Shown in pieces: positions 53,396-64,000 of a stretch of DNA of 64,000 bases. How positions within the stretch are numbered: the stretch's first letter is position 1; each line of letters starts with the position of its first letter. Origin of the DNA: Eledone cirrhosa (lineage: Eukaryota); the NCBI GenBank assembly GCA_964016885.1, contig OZ024741.1:200074001-200138000 (forward strand), in the 5' to 3' direction. The notes under the pieces were generated by a model. It was not told the DNA's origin and made no database searches. It saw only the letters and a program-made list of their open reading frames with translations. A program made the translations under genes and the position numbers.

Positions 53396-53718
53396 GGAAA
53401 GTTATATTTAAATTGTTGGGTTACAACGAGTAAATATTTATAACTGATATAAAAGCACTCAACAAGTATTTGGAGTATATTTACGATATTAAATAAATGG
53501 AAATTATATTTATAAAACCATATTTATTTCATTATATATATTTCAGGGATATCATATTAAAAATATGTTATGCCTTCTTCGAATCTATCTATTTATAAGA
53601 CTGTTTATATTGTATTTTGTCTGAAGAAGGCATAACATATTTTTAATATGATATCCCTGAAATATATATAATGAAATAAATATGGTTTTATAAATATAAT
53701 TTCCATTTATTTAATATC

Positions 53719-53720
<2 letters not shown>
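53396..53720 (+). mobile_element. Hairpin element (arms 53482-53580 / 53623-53720, tail on left) with HHR 53615-53677
   Basis: ttttgt CTGAAGA agg..catatt ttt aatatg..cct GAAAT ATAT ATA atgaaa. Confidence 0.8.
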
Positions 53721-53789
<69 letters not shown>

Positions 53790-54398
53790 GTTTTGCGAGG
53801 TTTTTGATATGAAATCGTGTGTTGAAACAAATATTGTTATACTTGGGGAAGGTCATATTTGTGTAATGATATTGCCAGAATTAATAACAGAACACACTCA
53901 CTGTTTGGTTGGTTTTCGCTTCTGTGTCTTTTATATCGGTTAATTTAATTTATTCGGCCCTCAATGTTACCATTGACTGACCAATGGTCAAAAATACAGA
54001 TATAATATAGACACAAACACATATATATAGTCTAACAAACACACATATATATAGTCTAACAAAGTTCTTTCGTTGCACATCTGCAACATCGTCAGTGATG
54101 CTATTATGTTTCCTCCTGTTGTATTGTATGCCTACAATACAATAGGATGAAACATAATAGCACCACTAACGAGGTTGCAGATGTGCAACGAAAGAACATT
54201 GTTAGACTATATATATGTGTTAGTGTCTATATTATATCTGTATTTTTGACCGTTGGTCAGTCAATGGTAACATTGAGGGCCGAATAAACTAACCGATATA
54301 AAAGACACAGAAGCGAAAACCAACCAAACAGTGAGTGTGTTCTGTTATTAATTCTGTCAATATTATTACACAAATATGACCCTCCCCAAGTATAACTA
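53790..54398 (+). mobile_element. Hairpin element of family A (arms ~53835-54128 / 54133-54396, tail on left) with an HHR in each arm
   Basis: CTGACGA (minus, 54095) and CTAACGA (plus, 54166) gttgca..tgcaac GAAA gaac. Confidence 0.8.
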
Positions 54399-54414
54399 TA
54401 TATATATATATATA

Positions 54415-54718
<304 letters not shown>

Positions 54719-54878
54719 TGTATATATAATGAAGAGAACTAATGTTATCAAATTGAGTACATTTTTAATACCTACGATCGTTTCTATACAGGTGATAATC
54801 ATACATGCATATGTAAACAAGTCAATCAGAAACACTTAATTAACATTTATTTACACAAAACACAATACATAGACACCT

Positions 54879-54998
<120 letters not shown>

Positions 54999-55377
54999 GA
55001 GTGTTTGTATTTATGGGGAACTGTCGAAGACATGAAAGTATTCTAGTTTTTCATTTTTATCAAAGTTCTTTTTTCCCATATTTTTATAAGCGTTTCTTAC
55101 ACTTTGATTGGAATAGTAATCCTCAAATACATCATAAGTGTTTCTAGATATTGCCTCTCCCATCATCAGGAGGAAGTAGTGTTGGTGTATGTCACTACCA
55201 CAAAATCGGAGGCTGGGCCAGTGCGATAACTGTAGATTATCACAAGATTTTGTATTATTGACAGTGCTGGACTTACCTACAAGCCAAAATAAGCTATAGC
55301 TTAGGGCTCCACACCCTTGGAGGCCTCATTTAAAAAATATATTTATATTTTATTCTTTAACATTAAATCCTAAAAAA

Positions 55378-55422
<45 letters not shown>

Positions 55423-55425
<3 letters not shown>

Positions 55426-55560
55426 CAACAGCAGAGGTCCGACGAGCTTTTGATTCCAGAGTCAGGCTAGATCAATACAGGTCGAACTTTGAGCTGATCA
55501 ATAGCGAAACACGCGTCACCAATCAATAAACGCAATGAAGGCTTAACAAATTGTCCTTGT
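55423..55560 (+). mobile_element. Pseudo-LTR fragment with long-stem-II HHR (family of 32339)
   Basis: ggt CCGACGA gct..agc GAAAC ACGC GTC acc. Confidence 0.7.
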
Positions 55561-55599
55561 ATTATTATTATTACTGTTTTTATTTTCTTTCATTATTGT

Positions 55600-57597
55600 T
55601 TCTGAGATATATGCCGAGTGTCTTCCTGACACCTAGTGTAAATAAATTGACAGTGTGCATTGGTAAGCCAGTTAATACAGCACATTGATTATAATTTAAA
55701 AAAAGAAAGAAAAAAACAGTATACATATATACACATATGCACATGCATATGTAAATACAAGGAGGGATATCAATCTTACAGAGATAGTGCTCTTCTCAAT
55801 ACGTGTGCAGTAACAGTCAAAACAATTTTTTACACTTTGTTCAGGAATCATTTTTACACTTTAAACCAGGAATCATTCGCAAATATTGTTCTGTTCCTTT
55901 CTTGATCAGTCCCAGTCCTCCCACAATCACTGGTATTGTAACGGCCTTGAGGTGCCACATTTTCTCAATTTCAATAATCAGATCTTTATATTTTCGTAGC
56001 TTGTCAAATTATTTGGCCGCGATATTGTTATGTTGATCTTTTACAATGATGTCAGTTCTATTTGCTTTTATGGTCCTGTCAGTATGTACAGGAAATCCCC
56101 AGAGAATTGTTACTTTTTCTCCTTCAGTTACAGCCAAAGGGTGATGATTGTACCACTTGTCTTCAGCTTTGATTTTGTAATGCCAACATATTACCCAGTG
56201 TAGATATTGGCCAACTCTGTCATGTCTACATTTGTATTCTACTGGTGCTAAAATTTTACATCCAGAGATTAAGTGATCCACTGTTTCAACCCCAGCATTG
56301 CAGAATCGGCACTTTGGGTTTATTCCGTTTCTCATCACATTGCCCTGGTAATTACGAGTCAATAAGCTTTGATCTTGGGCAGCTAAGATGAAGCCTTCAC
56401 TCTCCGCCTTTAGCCCTGAACTACGTAGCCACTGATGGGTGTGCTTTTGGTCAACATAAGCTTGTTTGCTACGGGCCTCATATTTGCCATGCAGAGGTTT
56501 CTGCTCCCAATTTGATGCTAATTGTCCTTGCCCTTTTGCTTTTGCCAGTTATTTTATGTGTCTAGCAACATCAGTTGCAACAGTTTCTTTAGTCTGTCCA
56601 GCCTGGGTATCAAGCATGAGATCAGTAGCATATTGTTTGCTCTTCTTCAAGATAGAATGAAGCTTCTTACTTTTCAACAAGTTTTAGCATACAGTCGTTA
56701 GTTGTTTCAAGGTATTTGGCCAGTCCAATGATGGTGGTCTTGTAAGCAAGTTCAAATTAGATCAGGCTACGGTCTCCTTGAGTTCTAGGAAGGTAAAGAC
56801 GATCCACATCTGCTTTTGGGTGGTGCATCCTATTACAGGTCAGTAGCTTACGGACTTTGGTGTCGATTCTTTTGATTTCACTCATATTCCAGTTCAACAC
56901 ACCGAAGCTATAAGTGACAACTGGGACTGCGAAGGAATTTATGGCTAGCACCTTGTTACGAACGTTTAGTTCTGATCTCAGAATTGCACGTACTCTCCTG
57001 TAACATTCTTTCCTTATCCTCTCTTTCATACTTGCATGATGTATGCCAGAGCCTTCATTAATCCCTAAGTATTTATAGGTTTGTTCCTGCTTAAGTTCCT
57101 TTATGATTGTTTCAGCATCCAATTCAACTGAGTCTGAGTTGACAAGCTTCCCTTTCTTGAAAGTTGCTTTTGCACACTTGTGAAGTCCAAACTCCATACT
57201 GATGTCATCGCTAAACGTTTTTACTGTCCGCAAAAAGCCTTCCAGTTCGTCATTATCTTTGCAATATAGCTTCAAATCATCCATAAAATAGGTGGCTTAT
57301 TTTTTTGTCAATTCTATAACCGTACCCTGTTCTATTAAGTTCGGATGTAAGAGGTATTAAAGCTATGCAGAAAAGCAAGGGTGAAAGTGAGTCACTCTGG
57401 AATATACCTAGAGCACAGTACCCCAGTGGAATGAGACAATTAGAGATTTGTGTTCCATAATGACATATTGTGTTTAAGGAAGTTTGAGATCACAGGTGAG
57501 ATTTTGAAGATGTCCAGTGATCTCAGAATCCATGAGTGTGGTATGCTGTAAAATGCTTTTTTATAATCGATCCATGCAGAACTGAGATTACTGTTTA
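55600..57597 (-). mobile_element. R4/Dong-clade element, degenerate, 5'-truncated
   Basis: WIDYKKAF, FQSDSLSPLLF, MDDLKLY, YKYLG, CRFC..ETVDHLISGC, RHD. Confidence 0.85.
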
Positions 57598-59607
57598 TCA
57601 CTCGACCAATTCTTCAACGCAAAACACGAAGGTTGCGTTGTCAGACCTAGAGCGCCTGCTCTGAAACACGAGGGGACAAAAGCCGTCCAATGGGCCCGGG
57701 TGGCAGAGGCGCGACGTGGCAACAAAGCCACAATTCGGTCTTTGTCTGACCAAAACGGGCGCGTGTTGCTCGAACATTTGCAGATGTGTGAAGCTTTTCA
57801 GCAGCACTTTGCTGAACTGTTCGGGAGCAGCGGCGGGCCGGATCGGAGTATGGACTTCAGTGCATACCTCGACGGACTGCCTCGGCTCTCGACGACCGCA
57901 GCACAGTGTTGCGAAAAGCCAATAACAGCCGGTGAAATACCGGAAGCGATGGCTAACTGCACGAGGGGTAAATCGCCAGGTTTGGATGGTCTGCTCTACG
58001 AGCTTTATGCATTTATGCCAGGCTTGTTCGGTGACCTCTTGGCAGACGTCTACTGCAACTGGCAGCAGAAAGGGAGCATTCCCAGTTTTTTGAGCCGGGG
58101 AGCGGTGCCGCTGCTGAGAATAGACCCGAACAAGGGCGATGTTATTGATAATTTCAGGCCCATAACCCTGATAAACGCAGAGTTCAAGATTTTGGCCAAG
58201 GTGTTAGCAACGAGGTTGGCGCTTGTCGTCGAGGGTCTGGTGGGAGAGACGCAGACATGCGCCATTCCGGAGAGATCTATACACGACAACCTCCACCTCA
58301 TGCGATACACCGTAGAGAGGGTGGTTAAGGAACCTGGCACGTGTGGGGCCCTGATCAACTTGGATCAATCCAAAGCATTCGATAGGGTCGACCATCGGTA
58401 CCTGGCGGCGGTCTTCGAGGCAGCCGGTTTCGGGCCCGTTTTCAGGGGTTGGATTACTGCGATGTATAGCGACATCTGCTCAGTTGTGAGGGTGAACGGT
58501 CACCTGTCGCAGCCGTTCAGCATCATGCGCTCGGTCCGCCAGGGTTGTCCCCTCTCGTCCCTCTTGTACGTATTGGCTCTCGAGCCGTTACTGCACAAAC
58601 AGGGAGCGACGAGGGGCGTCCCACGCGAACTAGGATGCAGGAAATCCGAGTCGGCTTCCGCCGGCGACGTCACCATGGTCGTGTCGAGCACCAGACACGT
58701 CCAGATGCTCGGCACCGCGCTCAAGGAATACGAAGCGGTGACAGGAGCAAAGATAAACCAGGAAAAGTCGGTGGGCTTGCAGCTCGGCACCTGGAGAGGC
58801 AAGTCTATGCCGTCCGACAGCGTCGTGGGGCGTTGGACGGACGGACCGGTTAAATTGCTCGGATTCTGGTTCGGAACGGACCTCCAGATGGAGAAAAACT
58901 GGAGCGAGAGAAAGCTGTCCCTGAAAGGCCGGGCGGAGGTGGCGAATGCGTACATCGCATCCGTCATTTGCTACCGCCTCACCGTCATCCCTTGTCCCGG
59001 CCCAACTCTCACCAAAATGGAGCGCCTCCTCTTCCGCTTTTTGTAGAAGGGACGCGCTCCCATGGTCAGATGATCCATCTGCTGTCAACACCCGTTGCGT
59101 GGAGGACTGGACATGCCATGGCTGATGATGCGCAAACATGCGCTGAGGCTGCGACATCTCTGGTGCTTCCTTGATGGTGAACTGGTGTGGTTGCCGTTCG
59201 CCAGGCACGTTTTCCCACAGCTCGTCTCCTTGAGGGAGCTGCAGTCCTGGGTCAGGAAAAGACCGAGGGATAGAGCTTGGAAACTGGAATGTCTCCAGGC
59301 GCTCACCGCCCTCTGCCAGCTAGGCACCAGTATCGGTGGAACATCCACCTCGGCGTTCTATAGAGGACTAGTGGAGGGGAAGAGCGACGACATTCTCGGA
59401 GAGATCCTGGGCGTCGAAGATCAGCTGTTTGCTATCTTTCGGAGAACTTTCAGCCCCGGGCCTATGGATAACTTCCAAAAATCCCTGGCCTGGCAGTGCT
59501 ACCGGGGAGCGCTGCCGGTTCGAGATAAGCTCTACAGGCACGGAAGTGCCGTCAGCCGAGCCTGTCTGAGATGCTCGCAGAGCGACCAAACCGTTATGCA
59601 GGCAGCC
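57598..59607 (+). mobile_element. Second Tx1-like ORF2 copy, truncated at both ends and inactivated
   Basis: Homologous to ~430-2490; YADD replaced by SAGD; stops at 59044 and 59071. Confidence 0.9.
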
Positions 59608-59950
59608 TGAATGAGCTAGGGGCAGTGTCGGGAACTTGTTTCCATTGTGGAGGAGGACAGCCTTCAAACTTGTGGTGGAGCTGTCCATAAATAGCCACTA
59701 CTCCTTGGGCACAAACGGCACCCCAATAACATCAAATAGTCCAGGAACGTCATGGCAGAAGCAGAAGCCATCCCTAAGAGTGTAAAAGCCTGAGAAAGGT
59801 TCGTGTCGACTTCTCTGACTTGTCACCTGCACTTCCTCCTTGACCAAGTTCCACTACTTCATCCTGGAGACGAATAGCTCTGCATTGGACTTGGTCAGAC
59901 CCATATCCCTGACCAAGTCATTGACTTCTTTTTGGTTTGGGAAGTGAGTA
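59608..59950 (-). mobile_element. Chapaev3-like (CMC) DNA transposase fragment
   Basis: NDLVRDMGLTKSNAELFVSRMK..LFMDSSTTSLKAVLLHNGNKFPTLPLAHS. Confidence 0.65.
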
Positions 59951-61600
59951 ACTTTTTCTGGTACCCCAGTATCAATAAATCTCTTTAATACACTTTTTAA
60001 CAATTTTATACTTCATTGCACTTTTATAATTTTCTTTAGGTATTATTCTTTATTTTATAATTTTAATTTAACCTGAAATATATATTTAAAAAATCATTTA
60101 ACATAAGCAAATTAAACTTACATACAACGTAAAATCCAACATACAAATAATTCTAGTGAATAGCTTAGAATTTTTACAAACCCAAACTTTTAACTGTTTA
60201 ATAGCACTTTTTTTTAAAATTTATTTAGGACCTAAGCAACACAAAAAAGTGGTTACAAGCCAGGAACAGAGAACAATTTGTTTACGGTCGGGGCTGTGGG
60301 TGGGCCCCATCGCGTACCGTTGTAGTTGTTGTATACAGATATTAACTCATCAATCCGACTAATAGTCTAACATACTTCATTTATACAATAAAAGTGGTTT
60401 TGTCTGCGTGTAATTAGCAAAGTTTTATATTTGCTGGGCTACTTATTATCGCCATGTTTCTGATTTTCTTTCTTTTTCGTTCTCTTTCTCTCTTTTCTTT
60501 TATACTTTTCTTTCCTTCTCCCACCCACCTCACTTCAATCCCAAGGCATATATGACTTCCGTTTTATAACAGGGTTCAATTCTGCTATGATCTCTTCTAC
60601 TGGTCAGAAACTGATCCTCCATCCAGTGAGTCCTAGACACTACATTTTCTCTCAATTCTTTTTGTTCCACACTCGGTTTTTTGCCGTCGTCTACAGTCTA
60701 ACGGCTGCTATAATTATATGATTATTCTTTTTTAACAAGTATTTATATTATTTCTGTTATTTGTCTACATGTATTTCCTGTTCCTGCCTTGTTCGACGAC
60801 TTTCTTTTTCACCAAGGCAAGATTTCCGTTTCATTTTCGTTTATATGTCTGTAGCAAGCAATGGCACTATTTGATCGCTGCGGAGTAATTTGGTCGTATT
60901 TTGTCACTCGCCAGCCCTTAGGGTTGGGGGCGTATGAATACCAAAAACGACTTCCGTCCAGCAGTTGCTTCGCGTCTTTTTTCAATTCTACCCCGTAGTT
61001 GCGGTTTTCATTTCGTCGACGCCAGCAGCTCGTAATGGCTTCCCTACTCCTGTGACTTCTCTCTCTAACAAGAGAGTAGTTTCATTATACAGCTTTTAGG
61101 AGATTTACCGTAACCGACAACTTGGTTCCGAAGTACTTGCCTTTAAGCCATTACATGTCAGCTTTATTACACAAAATCTCTGTACCACTTCACATCTTTT
61201 GTACGTGCGTTCACGTCAAGTAAAAATAAATTGTTATTATGTATTAACATATGCCTTCTGGTCTGATCCTTTCCTCAACTATGAAACATGAACACGCAAC
61301 CTTACAATCTTTATCTTCTTTAAGGATCCTTTCTGCTACCAATACAGTAGACAACCAAAAGTATATTTTTACTAAATGTCCTTTTGTTTATTTCCCAAGC
61401 TGTGTCAAATTAGTTTTTATCAGTACTGTACACAATTTGAGTAGCAGTCCAATTTTAGTCTTGATGCTGTCTTATAGATAGTCGATGATAGGATGCTCTT
61501 TATTTATGTTGTCCGTGTTTTTGTTTTCTCCGTTCGTTTTACTGCTTTTGTGTTTGTTTCTTATAACGCATACATATCCACACACAGAAATATATATATA

Positions 61601-61640
61601 ACTAGACCACCCGTGACCCGTTGGGTCCCGTTCACTTCAA
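61601..61640 (-). mobile_element. Helitron-type 3' terminus
   Basis: Minus strand gaccc-aac-gggtc hairpin, then ...CTAG|T. Confidence 0.45.
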
Positions 61641-61861
61641 ATTTTTTTTAAAAAATCATGTTCACTTAAAAATAATTTCTAAATAATCAAAATATACACA
61701 GACATGTATATAATGTGAAATAAAACTGGAAGGCCCATATGTGTGTATATATATGTAAATGTGTGTGTGTGTGTATGTATACATATTATATATATATATG
61801 TATGTGTGTGTGTGTGTATATACATATGTGGGTGTCTGTGATCTATATACACTGGTAATAG

Positions 61862-61902
<41 letters not shown>

Positions 61903-61919
61903 CACAACAACACCACCAG

Positions 61920-61950
<31 letters not shown>

Positions 61951-61997
61951 CCATTCTCCTTCTCTATCTCCTCTCCCTCTCTCTATGTCTCTATTTA

Positions 61998-64000
61998 AAT
62001 CTAGTCTTTTTCAGATTAATTTTCATGCGAAAGACATTACAAGAAGCTGAAAAACAATCCGTAATGTGTCGCATGTCAACTTGAGAGTGAACCAGAAAGT
62101 CAACATCGTCTGTATACAGGAGTTCTCTAATTAGTATTTGGAACACCTTGGATTTGAAATTGAACCTTCTTAGGCCAAAGACTGTTCCTGTAGTTTTAAC
62201 TTGCAGAACACTCTTTGCACAGCCCTGGAATGCATGAGTCAGCATCACAGCAAAAAAGATTTCATTGGACAATTCTCCATTCAAGACAACCCGAGCCTTC
62301 ATATTTCTGTTCAGTTGAACAAACAAATCAATAAACTTTGGAGGGCACCTTATTTTCCCTAGTATTTTCTACAGCACACCTCTGTTCACCGTATCAAAGG
62401 CCTTTATCAGATCGACAAAAACCTGATAAGGTGGAACCTGCTGCTCAATACATTTCTCCTGTATCTTCCTCGCAGAGAAGATCATGTCAATCGTCCCTCT
62501 GCCAGATCTAAATCCACTTTGTGATTCAGGGATGACTGTAGGACAAATGTCCACCATCAACCTGTTCAACAATAATCCAGCAAGAACTTTGCCCACAGAT
62601 TCCAACAGAGTAATGCCACAGCATCACAGCAAAAAAGATTTCATTGGACAATTCTCCATTCAAGACAAACTGAGCCTTCAGTCAGACAAACATATCAATA
62701 AACTTTCTGTGATGCCAGAGTGATGCCACGGAAGTTATTGAAAATCACCAAGATACCATCTATCCAATCTTGTGGTATAGGAGCACCACCCTAGCACCCT
62801 GTGGTGAGATGGAGTATTGTTTGTGTTATGTTCTTATTACCAACCTTTAACATTTCCATGGGGAGTCCATCTGATCCAGATGCCTTATTTGTGTTTAATT
62901 GGTTGATGGCCATTTTAACCTCATGATAATCCATTTTAAAATTTACAACACATTGGGGGATGCCATCTAGCACATCATGATCAACTGATGTTGGATTATC
63001 AAATATATCAGTGAAATGTTCTTGCTAATGCTTAAGGATTTTCACTGATTCCTTGATGATGGCAGTGTCATCTTTGGACCTTATAGGAACAACAGACGCA
63101 GTTTTCGGACCATATACTTCTCAGCTCGCATTGTAAGGTGGCGTTATATTCTTTGTATATCTTTCTAATAGCAGTTATATTCGTAGGGCATCCTCTCGAA
63201 AACATTTATGAAAAGCATGTTTTTTCTTTAATAGTTGGCTGATAACCTGATTATTATCATCAAACCAGTGTTTCTGGGGTTTTTTTTTTGGTGGTGGTGG
63301 TGGTGTATGTGTGTGTGTGTGTGTGTGTGTGGGGGGGGGGGGGGGTTCTTCGCCCTGAATCCAAGTTCTTCTGCTCCTGCTGAATACAATTGATCCCTGA
63401 AGTTTATCCACGTTCCATCAAAGTCCATAAAGTCCATATTATCCAAACGTTTATTCAAAGCCTCATGTACCTCTTGCTATTTTAGCTTTCCAAAATCATT
63501 ACAATTCAGTGTTTTGATAACACATGTACGAGACTTTTTCCGAACACCTAACTGAAACTTCCTCCAAACCATGTTCTGTGTTACAGACATTTCAAGTCAC
63601 ATCTCCGGGTTGCTATGAAATCTATCATGTGGCCACTTTTGACTTTGTGTGTATCCAGGTAACTTTATGCTCCTTTTTTTGGCAGAAGAATGTATTGCAA
63701 ATAGCTAGGTTGAGTTCCGAACAGAGCTCAAGTAGCTTCAAACCATTGGCATTCATCTTACCGATGCCGTAATGGCCAAGTACACCCCGTCTCATGGTCT
63801 CTGCCAACTTGAGCATTGAAATCGCCAAGATTTATCACTTTTTCTTCATGAAATTTCGATACAAATGGACTCATAGAATGTCATAATACTTTCTTCACTG
63901 GCCTGGAGAGTTGGAGCATAAACTGACAGAATTGTTGCACATCGCCCACATGAAAGTAGAATGTGCAACTTCATTATACAGTCACTGATTCTAGAGAGAC
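61998..64000 (-). mobile_element. Degenerate RTE LINE, inverted paralogue of ~18425-20280
   Basis: Near-identical sequence with the same stops and deletions; PESQSGFRSGRGTIDMIF segment retained. Confidence 0.9.

Noticed and set aside
60780-61480. GC-richer, coding-looking segment
   Set aside because: No sustained ORF or motif I can recognise; probably an old TE remnant

Overview
Eukaryotic, AT-rich, microsatellite-dense DNA made up almost entirely of repeats. The tRNA-derived SINEs, degenerate TTAGGG tract and repeat mix suggest a mollusc, probably a cephalopod (inference). No intact host gene was found. Visible elements: two Tx1/L1-clade LINEs (one with an open ORF2), several RTE, CR1 and R4/Dong LINE remnants, Helitron, Tc1/mariner and Chapaev3-like fragments, SINEs, and decayed minus-strand exons of a probable NXPE-family pseudogene. 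The most notable signal is at least 20 type-I hammerhead ribozyme (HHR) motifs from roughly a dozen sequence families. They sit in Penelope-like (PLE) elements and in ORF-less elements inserted in (TA)n tracts, many with the layout tail + inverted arm / spacer / arm. They include a 419-nt retrozyme-like monomer, two families with a compensatory U3-A8 core, and hammerheads with very long stem II (up to ~116 nt). All calls were made by eye, so coordinates are approximate to a few bases.
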